Shown here piece by piece: positions 1 to 9,522 of a stretch of DNA of 35,227 nucleotides. The notes below the pieces were generated by a model that did not search any database, was not told the DNA's origin, and saw only the letters and a program-made list of their open reading frames with translations. Position numbers and translations under genes: made by a program. Positions within the stretch are counted from its first letter, which is position 1, and every line of letters starts with the position of its first letter. Location of the stretch: the IMG/VR virus record IMGVR_UViG_3300031519_006214, positions 1-35,227 of that record. The stretch is one strand, 5' to 3'. Origin of the DNA: a virus. Taxonomy: Duplodnaviria > Caudoviricetes.

Positions 1-551
1 AGGTCAGTGACGTTACAGGCGCTGGCGATTGTTTCCTTGCTACCTTTGTATATGGATTAACAAAGGGCTACGATCACAAACGCTGTTTAGAGCTTGCTGT
101 CAAAGGTGCTACTGAAGCAGTTAAACACGTAGGCACACACACGCTCACTGTGAGCGATCTTGAAGAACGCATAGTGTTTACTAACGGATGCTTTGATATA
201 CTACACACGGGTCACTTTGAGCTACTAGCTGAAGCAAAATCGCTCGGTGGAAAACTAATAGTAGGTATAAATTCAGATGACAGTGTTAGACGGTTTAAAG
301 GTCCTAAGCGTCCTATTAATAATGTAAACAAACGTAAAAAGCAATTAGAATTATTACCGTGGGTAGACGAAGTAATTGTGTTTGACGAAGACACTCCGTA
401 CAGATTAATTAAAGAAGTAGTTCCGCACGTTATTGTAAAAGGCGGCGATTACACAGTAGAACAAGTTGTAGGACACGATTTGGCAGAGGTACATCTTGTT
501 CCTACAGTTGAAGGTTATTCAACAACAGAGATTATAGAGGCAAGCAAATGA
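1..551 (+). CDS. hldE: Bifunctional heptose-7-P kinase / heptose-1-P adenylyltransferase (HldE/RfaE), 5'-truncated by window edge
   Basis: The frame is open from base 3 and reads VSDVTGAGDCFLA (PfkB kinase C-terminal DxxGAGD motif). It runs in frame into the cytidylyltransferase-like domain (FTNGCFDILHTGH, GINSDDSVRRFKG, KGGDY, GYSTT). The GTG at 150 in the ORF track is therefore internal. Confidence 0.92.
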   Translation, partial: VSDVTGAGDCFLATFVYGLTKGYDHKRCLELAVKGATEAVKHVGTHTLTVSDLEERIVFTNGCFDILHTGHFELLAEAKSLGGKLIVGINSDDSVRRFKGPKRPINNVNKRKKQLELLPWVDEVIVFDEDTPYRLIKEVVPHVIVKGGDYTVEQVVGHDLAEVHLVPTVEGYSTTEIIEASK

Positions 552-1366
552 AAATATTAGTTACAGGAAACGAAGGATTTATTGGCAAGAATGTTGCAAG
601 TTATTTACAGCAACAAGGACACGAAGTCGAAGGATGGGAATGGGAAGCAGGAGTACTTCCGCATACCGAAGGTTATGATTGGTGTATACACTTAGGTGCT
701 ATTAGTTCAACTACATATACTGATGTAAATCAAATACTAGAACAGAACTTTGAATTTAGTGTGCGGCTAGCACAAATATGCGAAAACTTTGGCACCAACT
801 TTCAATACGCATCAAGTGCAAGTGTATACGGTCCAACGACACACTTTACAGAAGATGGCCCATTGCTTCCACAAAGTCCATATGCGTGGAGTAAGTATAT
901 GTTTGATAGATTTATGAATCAATACATAGACGAATTTCAAATTAAAATACAAGGTTTCCGTTATTTTAATGTTTATGGTGAAGGTGAAGAACACAAAGGC
1001 GATCAAGCAAGTCCTTATACTAAATTTTCAAAACAAGCAAGCGAAGATGGATTAATTACAGTGTTTGAAGATAGTGACACTTACTTGAGAGACTTTGTTT
1101 GTGTAAACGATATTTGTAAGCTTCATGAAAAAATGTTTGAAGTAGATCAATCAGGAATTTTTAACGTAGGTACCGGTAGCCCTGTAAGTTTTGAAACTGT
1201 AGCGCAAACTATTGCTAACAAGCATAGTGCTGGCATACAATATATACCAATGCCAGAAAATATAAAGTCTCAATACCAAAAGTACACCTGTGCAAACTTA
1301 ACTAATTTAAATAGTGTAGTAGACATGCAATGGATTAAAATAGAGGATTATATCAATGGAAAATAA
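548..1366 (+). CDS. hldD: ADP-L-glycero-D-manno-heptose 6-epimerase (extended SDR)
   Basis: ILVTGNEGFIG Rossmann motif, HLGAISSTT, YASSASVYG, YxxSK, FRYFNVYGxGExHKG and RDFV. ATGA overlap with hldE. Confidence 0.88.
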   Translation: MKILVTGNEGFIGKNVASYLQQQGHEVEGWEWEAGVLPHTEGYDWCIHLGAISSTTYTDVNQILEQNFEFSVRLAQICENFGTNFQYASSASVYGPTTHFTEDGPLLPQSPYAWSKYMFDRFMNQYIDEFQIKIQGFRYFNVYGEGEEHKGDQASPYTKFSKQASEDGLITVFEDSDTYLRDFVCVNDICKLHEKMFEVDQSGIFNVGTGSPVSFETVAQTIANKHSAGIQYIPMPENIKSQYQKYTCANLTNLNSVVDMQWIKIEDYINGK

Positions 1367-1751
1367 TGAGCCAACTAGACTAAATGGCGTTGTACCTAAG
1401 GGTTGGGGCTACGAATTAATTTGGGCATCTAATGACAAGTATTGTGGTAAGATTATGGTGTTTGAAAAGCAAGGTGCAAAGTTTAGCATGCATTTTCATA
1501 AAGAAAAGGAAGAAACTTGGTTTGTAAATACTGGAAAGTTTAAAGTTCGTTGGATTGATACTGCTACTGCTCAGCTTTATGAAAAAGAGATAAGTGAAGG
1601 CGAAACCTGGCACAATCCGCCGTTACAGCCTCATCAATTAGAGTGTTTAGAAGCAGGGTCTAGTATTACCGAAGTGTCAACAGCCGATAGTGTAGAAGAT
1701 AATTATCGTATTATTGCAGGAGACAGTCAAGTTGACAAGCCTGCAACCTAA
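1356..1751 (+). CDS. Cupin-fold protein (mannose-6-P isomerase type II C-terminal-like), putative sugar isomerase
   Basis: KGWGYE...SMHFHKEKEETW...PHQL...EVST..DNYR cupin pattern, located within the heptose cluster. Confidence 0.75.
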   Translation: MENNEPTRLNGVVPKGWGYELIWASNDKYCGKIMVFEKQGAKFSMHFHKEKEETWFVNTGKFKVRWIDTATAQLYEKEISEGETWHNPPLQPHQLECLEAGSSITEVSTADSVEDNYRIIAGDSQVDKPAT

Positions 1752-2358
1752 AATAACATGGAGTAACGAAGTTGCTGTAAAGATTAAAAATTTTAATAAT
1801 AAATGTGTGATTGGCTTAGACCGCGATGGCGTACTTAATGTTGACCTAGGAACATATGTAACTACACCTGTTGATTTTACACCTATTGAAGGCAGTTTAG
1901 AAGCAGTAGCAAAACTGCGAAATCTTGGATACAAGATTGTTATTATTACTAATCAAGGCGGCGTTGAACGGGGTCTAATGACTGAGCAAGATGTAGACCG
2001 AGTCCATAATAGAATGTTTGAACTTTTGGGCGCGGCTGGGTGTTCTAGCATTAATTCGTTGTACTACAGTGCTAGTAGCCGTAAAGACGATATGTATGCA
2101 AAGCCTAATTTAGGCATGTTTAAACGATGCGAAAAAGAAAATCCAGATATTAAGTTTCGCAAAGGTTACTTTGTAGGAGATAAACTAAGTGACCTAAAGG
2201 CTGCTCATAAAATAGGCTCTATTCCTATTTTAGTCCGTACTGGATACGGATTACAAACAGAAAAAGAATTAAAGAAATTTACCTACCGCAATATAAAGAA
2301 AAAGACCATCATATTCGATGATCTTAGTTCTTTTGCAGATTGGATAGAAGCGCATTAA
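1732..2358 (+). CDS. gmhB: D,D-heptose 1,7-bisphosphate phosphatase (HAD IIIA)
   Basis: LDRDGVLN, ITNQGG, KPNLGM, VGDKLSDL and LVRTGYG motifs. Start placed at the in-frame TTG at 1732, 9 nt after AGGAG (1718-1722); the ORF track uses TTG 1714. Confidence 0.85.
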   Translation: MTSLQPKITWSNEVAVKIKNFNNKCVIGLDRDGVLNVDLGTYVTTPVDFTPIEGSLEAVAKLRNLGYKIVIITNQGGVERGLMTEQDVDRVHNRMFELLGAAGCSSINSLYYSASSRKDDMYAKPNLGMFKRCEKENPDIKFRKGYFVGDKLSDLKAAHKIGSIPILVRTGYGLQTEKELKKFTYRNIKKKTIIFDDLSSFADWIEAH

Positions 2359-5300
2359 GCCTGCGCTTCGCCCCATCTTATAATAATATTTGAGTTTGCG
2401 TCTGCACCACTAATCTTATAAACGTTAATAGCTAATACGTCAGGTCCATTTGGATATGTTCCTCTGCCACCTAGCGGTGTATTAGTAAGTTCTTTTAATT
2501 CACTTAGGTCAAGTGTTGAACGTTCTCCCGGGACAGCAATAAACGAGAATACTGTTTCTCCGGGCTGTGCATACGGTGGTTGTATGAATGTAAATTCAAC
2601 TGTGCCTACACCTTGTGTTAATGTTCCTGAGAATGCATTGTTAAACTGTACTTCGTAATATTCTGTGGAAGCAAATTGTTTTAGCAATATATTGTTAACT
2701 AGTGCGTTAGCACCAAACGTAACACTGCCGCCATTAGTTAGTGTTGTACCAATTTTAGCAGCACTAGCTTCAAAACTAGCTTTTGTAAAATATGCAAAGT
2801 TTCTGTTTTCTAGTGTTGTATTAAAGGCAATTGTCCACGCATCTACTGTGCCTGAGTTCACTTGGGAGTTAGTAGTCTGTCTACTAATAATCAAATACCC
2901 ATAATTATCACTACTACTAATATATCCGCCAGTAACAGTGGTATTAGATTGAATTGTACTACCTGTAATCGGAAGACCTAGTACTGGCTCTGTACTATTA
3001 GTTCCAAAAGTAGCTCTATAATCAGTAGCACTTACTGAAATATATCGGGTGCGTCTTGAATTAAAGGTTCCAGAATTTAATACAGCAGTTAAATTAGCTA
3101 CTGCTGTCGCTGTCGCTGTAACAGCAGCCGCTCCAGTTGACCAATTAACACTACCGCCGGAAGCAATTTGTGCAAAACTTGGCTGTCCGCCTTGTGCAAC
3201 ACCACTTAGTCCTGACCAACCAACATCTGCTGGATTTAATGGATAGTTTTGAGGATTAAGCACACCTTCAACAACAATGCCGCCTTTTATTAATGCGTCT
3301 GCATCTGTAGTACCATCTGATGTAATTTCGAGCCCTTGTAGTAGCAACTGCGCTCTGTTTAGTAGTTCTCTTTCACCCAGGTCGCCAACAATAGCATTAG
3401 ACACACTCGGTGCTAGTCTAATCATAAACGCAGTTTGTTTAGTTGTGCTAACCTCAACACCAGTTTCTGCGTATGAGAAAATGTAACCACGATCTGAGTC
3501 GAAGCCGCCATCTGTAATAAACGCACTACCCCAATGACTAATTAAAGGAGTAATAGTATTTGATATTAATACAACACCAGTTCTGTCATCGTGCGAAGTT
3601 GCAGCAGCAGCAGTATAACTTCGGTTAGCTCCTGCTTGGAAATTTTGGAATGTTGCGCTGCGTGTTAGTCCAGTAAGTGTATTTGCAACTTTATTATTTC
3701 CGTTAAAATTAATAATTTCATTATCAATATAAACAGTGCCAGCGTCTGGAAAGAAGCTACTGTCCGTTAGTGTTAGGGTAGTTTGACTAGTGTCCATACT
3801 AGCTGCTAGCTTACCTGGGGGACCTTCGTTAGTAACTTCATAACGCACAGGCAAGTTACCTGAACGCATAAATGCTTCTGTGTTTACGTTTGAGTTACGC
3901 ATTCTGTGCGCAAATACAAAGTTACCATCTGCGCCACGTAGCATGAAGTCAATAAAACCAGCACCATACCAACTGTACTGAATACCAATCATTTGCATTT
4001 TAGCAATATCAATATCGTATCCACTTGGGCCAGTTCCGTCTAGTCTATCTAAATTAAACTCACTTTGTTTTACTTTTTTATCTACAATTAAGTTAGCCTT
4101 TGCGCCGGCAATATCTACTACGCCGCGCCAATCCGGAGTAACTGTCATATTAGTTTGACTATTAACATGACTTACAACATGTGTCATACCTTTAATAATA
4201 ATTCTATCGCCTGCTTTTAACTGGTCTCTAAATCTAGTGTTTATGCCTGATATTAGATTATCATCAATATTCATTGCAATTGTACCTGCAAGCTGACGTG
4301 TGCCAGTACGCTGTGCAACATTAATTTGTGTTCCGTCGAACTCCCAGAAGATACCGTTTTGGTCATCAAAGATGCCTGAGCGCACTGTTGCGCCGTGCCA
4401 AGAAATAACACTCATTTGCGAGCCAAATCCTAGTATGGCGTCAGTTGCGCCTAATCGACGGTTTGCAAGAACTGTAAATCTGCGCTCGTCTAATACACTT
4501 ACAACAGTATAATCAAACGTAGGCGGTACAGCAGTTTGGGCACCACTATTGTAACCTGGAGTTTCTACACCTAATATTCGTATTATGCCGCCTTCTTGTA
4601 CTCCGTGGTCATTATCATCAGTTTCAACTGTAATTAGACTACCTACTTCGATACCGTCTGATGTAAGACTACGTAAGTCATAACTTGGGGCAAATAGTGC
4701 ACCAGTAGTATACATAATGCCTTTACCTGATTGGTAACGAATGTACTTTTTACTTTGACGAATTGCTTGCGCTCCGTGTTGCGGACCGCCTGTGCCTAAT
4801 TGTACACCGCCATCAAATGGTCTGTGTACAAAGAAACTGTCTGGCCTTGGATAAATTACTCCTTGAATTTGACTAACGTCATCAGTAATAAATCCTGCTG
4901 CTCGAGCCTGATATCTTACTTTATCTACTGATGGAATATTAGTAGCAAAGAATGATCCTCCGGCTAATGCATGATTATTTGATCCGTCGTCTGATTGTAC
5001 CGTAGCGATAAATGTGTCGCCTGGCACTAGTCCGTGTGCATTAGCGAATGTAATTTCAAGAGTCGGTAACGCTTCATATACAATACTAGCACCAGTAGAT
5101 ATTAGGCCGGTTGTTTGTTCAGTTGAAGTAAGTGTACAAATAAGATCAAATTCGATACCTTTTACTGCGTCTTCATAATAATTAGTAAATGTTGCAATTG
5201 TGCCTCCACCAGAGACTGTAGCTACTGTTATTGTAATGTCATTAAGTGGACTTGTGCCGCCTAATGAATTTCCTGGTATAACTATTCTGTTGCCTACTTT

Positions 5301-8300
5301 ATAATCACTTCCGCCTACGCCAATAGTTGGAGTATAAGCAGAATTAGAACGTGTAATTCCAAATGATGCACCTGTTCCTGCTGGACTTTCTAAGTTTGAA
5401 ATTATATTTGTATAAGAGGCAGTGCCGCCAGCGGCAGTTCCTGTGCCAGATACTGCTGTAACAACACCAGTTGCTACTCCTATAGTGTCAATAGTTATTG
5501 ATAGATCGTTAGCAGGAGATTGTCCAATTAATTCAGATCCTAGTATTGTGAGTGTTTGGTTTGGACCATAGTCTGCGCCGCCGTCTGTGATAGTTAGGGA
5601 ATATGTGCCTCCACTAGAATCTACAGTAAGTGTAAGTCCTGCGCCTATAACTTGTTGTGTTAGTGTTGGGCCGCCTGTGCCACCAATTGTCGAATCTCTG
5701 TAGTTTCTTGCTGTTCCTGATATACTAGCAGCAGTAATAGCGCCAGAACCGTCTACGTTATCAATTGTAATAGTTGCGTCGTGTGCTGGCGTTAGTCCGC
5801 CTAAATCGGTACCTAATATAGTAAAGGTTTCTGCTGCTTGGTAAGCTGTACCTGCTTGTGTAACACTAACACTATATACTGCTGCGCTTCTATCAACTGT
5901 AAATTGTGCGGACGAGCCGCCTCCTGAGTAAGCAACAGTTGGATTTGGGAATGCTCGTTGTGCATCCGGAGCAGTACCTGCAAATGTAAAGGTTGTAACT
6001 GCACCAGTGCCGTCGACACCTGTAATTGTAATTTTTAGATCATTAGTGTCGTTTACGCCAAGCGGACTGAACGCACTACCACTAACTTTTACAACATCGT
6101 TAACTACATATCCTGATCCAGCAATATTGAGACTTACACTAGTAAACGCAGTATCTTCGTATATGACATCAACACTAAATCCCGTCCCAGTGCCGCCGTT
6201 TACGTCTGGAGTTAGTCCTACAAACTGTGCTGTGCCATTATATGCTGTACCTTCTATAGCAACCGTGCCTATAGCACTGTCAGTATCAACTAAAGTAAGA
6301 ACCCGTAGTACTAGATCATGTGTTAAGAATTGGCCGCCTAGTGATGCTCCGGAAATAAACAATCTATCACCTACTTCGTAGTCTTGTCCAGGTTCTACAA
6401 TACTATCTATAGTATATGTGCCGCCGGATCTTGAAATATTGAAGATTGCTCCTGCGCCGATAGATGTATCGTTAACTCCAGTTACGCCAGGGTATACTGT
6501 TGTATTGCCAATGACAGGCGATGTAAATGCAGTATTAAAAGTTAGTGTAGTACCTGCTATAGAACTAATATATGTAGCAGTAGCATCACCAGAGTCTGCT
6601 GCAAGGTCTTCAAGAACACCAGTTGCATCTACCAACTCGATCTCAGTTGTGCCTGCTGGATAGTCTCCAGAAACAAGTGGAGTAAGGAATGTGCCGCCAC
6701 CTGCGCTTTGATCAATCACACTAGTTACCTGAGCGCCTAACGGTATTCTAGAATTTAATTGTTCGTTTAATGGAGCGCCAAGTCCCGGTGAAGGTCCGTC
6801 AAACGGTATTCGGGTTTCTCCGGATGGTATATCTAGTTGTGCAAAAAGTTCGCCGTTAAATCCGTTAGACACAACAGCAATTTCAGGAGAAGCACCTATG
6901 TTTGCTCCTGTATAGAATGCTGCTTGTCTTAATTGAGTATAAGTGGTAGATAGCGTGGTTGGATTAGCTGTGCCTACTTTAGCTTTTGCAAAATATGTAA
7001 AGCTAGTATTACCTGGCACATCATTAATTACAAAGCTACCTTCGGCACGTGCGCCGCCAGATACTGAATCTTCAAGTGCTTTAATAGTTATCGGAGTGCC
7101 CGCTTCAAAACCATGTGGCCCAACTGTAGTAACTGTAATCAATGATTGACCGATGCCTTCTGTTCCAGCAGACGCATCTGTTACAACCGATAGTACTGGT
7201 GTATCTGTTCCTGGTATTTCGTATACACTAGGATAACCGCGAAGTGTTCCGATTGCTGCCCACTTAGTAGGCTGTAATCCGTACTCAAAGTCAGCATCAA
7301 GCATTGACAGAGGAGGAGCAATACGCATCCGCTCAATAGAATCTGTACCGAAGTCGTATGGACGAACAGTTGTTACACTTTTTCCATTTTCAGTTTTTTC
7401 TATAAAAATTTGAATTTCGTCTGTACTACTATGCAAACTTGCATTATAGTTCAGTGTAAGTGTGGTAATTGCATCCACAGTTTGCAAATATTTAGGAAAA
7501 GACTCATCTTCAGAAATGTTGTCTGATTTAAATTCTACACTTCCACCTGTTTCAATACTACTAAAGTTATATATAATTTCATTTTTAGTAGTGTTAGTAA
7601 TTAATAGAAAGTCTTCTAAATCAAATCTTCCTTGTACTTTAACAGTAGCTACACCTGTTGCGATAAACTTAGGTAACCCAGTTAGTCCATTTGTTATAAC
7701 ATCAACTGTATTAAAAACAAGAGTATTAATTTTAGCAGTTGGTCCAGAAGTTATTGAGTTCGTAATTGCGCTGCTAAATGTATGCACACTAGTATCTGAG
7801 CTAATTCCCACATTAGTAGTAATAGTTGTGCTTGTCGTTGAAGTAATCGTAATCGGTGCATAATAGTAAGGGTCTTTACCAGTATTGTTAGGAACACCAC
7901 TTGCTCTTGGATATGGATGCAATGTCGCGCCGCCGTCTAATGCGCAAGTAAAAGTTATGCCGCCAGGGGAGATGTGTATTTCGTCACCTGCTACAAGACT
8001 ATGCGTTCCTATAGTTAAGGTCATTACACCAGTTGCTGGTTTATAAGTTGCATCAGTTGGCGTAAACTGTGTTGTAGTTTCAGAAGCAGATCCTGATAAA
8101 GTCTGAGAGACTTCGGTATTAGAAGCATCGTATGCAACTTGTGTAAGGATATTATCTTTAATTAAATTACCTATCCAAGTATGTGTTTGGATTTCAGGTT
8201 GTCTGTCGCCGTCAACTTGTGCAACGCCTTGATCCCAATAATACTTAATGGTTTTCCTTACGTTTTCATTGCCGCCGTATCGTAAATCTTTTAAGTATGC

Positions 8301-8522
8301 ACCTACAACATACCCAACGTCTCTTTCGCATTTTGCTTGATTATAAGTATAACCTACAAATCCTGCTGCACTTGCATCTACTTGATCTTGTATCCATGCA
8401 GTTGCTTCTTTTTGTATAAATTCTTTATTTGCACTTAATAAACTATAAGCATTCGGAAAACGATTATCGCTTGCTCCAATGCCAGGTTTAAATACATAAT
8501 TCTTTATTTGCGTCTTTGCCAT
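2355..8522 (-). CDS. Very large (2055 aa) modular virion structural protein (baseplate/tail-associated)
   Basis: T/G/S-rich beta modules, internal repeats and an N-terminal helical KCERD module. Last gene of the late operon; its stop overlaps the gmhB stop at TTAA 2355-2358. Confidence 0.75.
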   Translation of the reverse strand: MAKTQIKNYVFKPGIGASDNRFPNAYSLLSANKEFIQKEATAWIQDQVDASAAGFVGYTYNQAKCERDVGYVVGAYLKDLRYGGNENVRKTIKYYWDQGVAQVDGDRQPEIQTHTWIGNLIKDNILTQVAYDASNTEVSQTLSGSASETTTQFTPTDATYKPATGVMTLTIGTHSLVAGDEIHISPGGITFTCALDGGATLHPYPRASGVPNNTGKDPYYYAPITITSTTSTTITTNVGISSDTSVHTFSSAITNSITSGPTAKINTLVFNTVDVITNGLTGLPKFIATGVATVKVQGRFDLEDFLLITNTTKNEIIYNFSSIETGGSVEFKSDNISEDESFPKYLQTVDAITTLTLNYNASLHSSTDEIQIFIEKTENGKSVTTVRPYDFGTDSIERMRIAPPLSMLDADFEYGLQPTKWAAIGTLRGYPSVYEIPGTDTPVLSVVTDASAGTEGIGQSLITVTTVGPHGFEAGTPITIKALEDSVSGGARAEGSFVINDVPGNTSFTYFAKAKVGTANPTTLSTTYTQLRQAAFYTGANIGASPEIAVVSNGFNGELFAQLDIPSGETRIPFDGPSPGLGAPLNEQLNSRIPLGAQVTSVIDQSAGGGTFLTPLVSGDYPAGTTEIELVDATGVLEDLAADSGDATATYISSIAGTTLTFNTAFTSPVIGNTTVYPGVTGVNDTSIGAGAIFNISRSGGTYTIDSIVEPGQDYEVGDRLFISGASLGGQFLTHDLVLRVLTLVDTDSAIGTVAIEGTAYNGTAQFVGLTPDVNGGTGTGFSVDVIYEDTAFTSVSLNIAGSGYVVNDVVKVSGSAFSPLGVNDTNDLKITITGVDGTGAVTTFTFAGTAPDAQRAFPNPTVAYSGGGSSAQFTVDRSAAVYSVSVTQAGTAYQAAETFTILGTDLGGLTPAHDATITIDNVDGSGAITAASISGTARNYRDSTIGGTGGPTLTQQVIGAGLTLTVDSSGGTYSLTITDGGADYGPNQTLTILGSELIGQSPANDLSITIDTIGVATGVVTAVSGTGTAAGGTASYTNIISNLESPAGTGASFGITRSNSAYTPTIGVGGSDYKVGNRIVIPGNSLGGTSPLNDITITVATVSGGGTIATFTNYYEDAVKGIEFDLICTLTSTEQTTGLISTGASIVYEALPTLEITFANAHGLVPGDTFIATVQSDDGSNNHALAGGSFFATNIPSVDKVRYQARAAGFITDDVSQIQGVIYPRPDSFFVHRPFDGGVQLGTGGPQHGAQAIRQSKKYIRYQSGKGIMYTTGALFAPSYDLRSLTSDGIEVGSLITVETDDNDHGVQEGGIIRILGVETPGYNSGAQTAVPPTFDYTVVSVLDERRFTVLANRRLGATDAILGFGSQMSVISWHGATVRSGIFDDQNGIFWEFDGTQINVAQRTGTRQLAGTIAMNIDDNLISGINTRFRDQLKAGDRIIIKGMTHVVSHVNSQTNMTVTPDWRGVVDIAGAKANLIVDKKVKQSEFNLDRLDGTGPSGYDIDIAKMQMIGIQYSWYGAGFIDFMLRGADGNFVFAHRMRNSNVNTEAFMRSGNLPVRYEVTNEGPPGKLAASMDTSQTTLTLTDSSFFPDAGTVYIDNEIINFNGNNKVANTLTGLTRSATFQNFQAGANRSYTAAAATSHDDRTGVVLISNTITPLISHWGSAFITDGGFDSDRGYIFSYAETGVEVSTTKQTAFMIRLAPSVSNAIVGDLGERELLNRAQLLLQGLEITSDGTTDADALIKGGIVVEGVLNPQNYPLNPADVGWSGLSGVAQGGQPSFAQIASGGSVNWSTGAAAVTATATAVANLTAVLNSGTFNSRRTRYISVSATDYRATFGTNSTEPVLGLPITGSTIQSNTTVTGGYISSSDNYGYLIISRQTTNSQVNSGTVDAWTIAFNTTLENRNFAYFTKASFEASAAKIGTTLTNGGSVTFGANALVNNILLKQFASTEYYEVQFNNAFSGTLTQGVGTVEFTFIQPPYAQPGETVFSFIAVPGERSTLDLSELKELTNTPLGGRGTYPNGPDVLAINVYKISGADANSNIIIRWGEAQA
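5180..6460 (-). repeat. Five ~85-90 aa protein repeats in the 2055 aa protein
   Basis: Recurring G.G..F.V.R....Y...I...G..Y......I.G..LGG..P.ND..I.V..V...G.I......GTA pattern. Boundaries approximate. Confidence 0.75.
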
Positions 8523-8525
8523 TCT

Positions 8526-9446
8526 TTAACTTCCAAGTGCTATAGATAATGCAGTAACAATTGTATCTACATATTTTTTGTTTGTAGCATCGTTATTATT
8601 AACAGGTGCTGCCGTTAGTTCTGCAGCAGTAAACTTTGCACTAGACGGAGTCGACAGGCCAATAGTTGTAGAATTTATTGCCGACGAAGTCATTGTGCTA
8701 GTTGTTATTGTGCTAGCAGTTATGTTACTGTTATTTAGTGTAGTTGTTAGTCCTTCAGAATTTAATGTTCCAATGATAATATCATCAATTTTTAATATAA
8801 TTTTATTTGCAGCGCCTAGTTCTAAATTAGTAAGGGAATCAATCTTTGAAATGCCAACGCCGTCGATGTTGAGCGAGCCGCCAACGTATAAATCCTTTGC
8901 AATACCAACGCCGCCAGCTGCTATAAGCGTTCCTGTTGTACTACTTGTTGAATTTGTTGTTGCAGTAATACTAACGTCTGAAAATAGCCCCTCTGGATCA
9001 ACTACTGTAATTGTTCCTACAGTTGTTCCAGTTGCGTTTTCATAATATAGTGTATCGTCTGCATTAGCTGGAACTAAAAAAGAAATAATTCCTGACGTTT
9101 TTCCCTGAGCCTCTTCGCCGATATCGCCTGAACTATGCGAAATACCAGCAGTTTGATTTGTAGTGCCATCACTCTGTTTAATATAAAACGCAAAATTAGT
9201 TAAACTTAATTGGAAGCTATATTGCTTGCCACGACTTAAAGTAATTGTAGGATTATTACCGACGTAGTTTTGTATAATAAAATTTGTATTATCAGTTTCT
9301 GTAACCACAAAATCGTATACACCTTCGGCCACTGCTTGAACGATATTAAGCGATGTAGCAGATAAATTACCTTCAGTATCTACAGTGAATCCTGGACTCT
9401 TAAATCCGTATCCCGATTCAAACTGTGATTTTGATGCTCTTTTCAT
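8526..9446 (-). CDS. Virion protein with cupredoxin-like beta domain and fibre-type C-terminus
   Basis: NPTITLSRGKQYSF...VPANADDTLYY module, GTLIAAGGVGIAKDLYVGG fibre motif, DATNKKYVD and an ALSIALG end. Confidence 0.6.
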   Translation of the reverse strand: MKRASKSQFESGYGFKSPGFTVDTEGNLSATSLNIVQAVAEGVYDFVVTETDNTNFIIQNYVGNNPTITLSRGKQYSFQLSLTNFAFYIKQSDGTTNQTAGISHSSGDIGEEAQGKTSGIISFLVPANADDTLYYENATGTTVGTITVVDPEGLFSDVSITATTNSTSSTTGTLIAAGGVGIAKDLYVGGSLNIDGVGISKIDSLTNLELGAANKIILKIDDIIIGTLNSEGLTTTLNNSNITASTITTSTMTSSAINSTTIGLSTPSSAKFTAAELTAAPVNNNDATNKKYVDTIVTALSIALGS

Positions 9447-9464
9447 TTAATTCTCCAACTAATG

Positions 9465-9472
9465 TATTTATC
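9465..9472 (-). promoter_or_regulatory. T4-type late promoter candidate (GATAAATA)
   Basis: Intergenic, ~19 nt upstream of the 9446 ATG and just before a GGAG SD. The same motif recurs in other gaps. Confidence 0.6.
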
Positions 9473-9522
9473 AAAAAACTAAATGCTATATAAGTTGGAA
9501 ATAGTATAATAGCGTTAAAATT

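Noticed and set aside
1-2358. Heptose genes as bacterial chromosome flanking a prophage
   Set aside because: Composition looks similar to the virion genes, the enzymes are compact, the stop codons overlap with no att site or integrase, and the junction is seamless. A phage-borne cluster is more likely, though not proven.
9505-9510. TATAAT on + strand as an antisense sigma70 promoter
   Set aside because: No credible -35 element, and the hexamer is expected by chance in an AT-rich gap.
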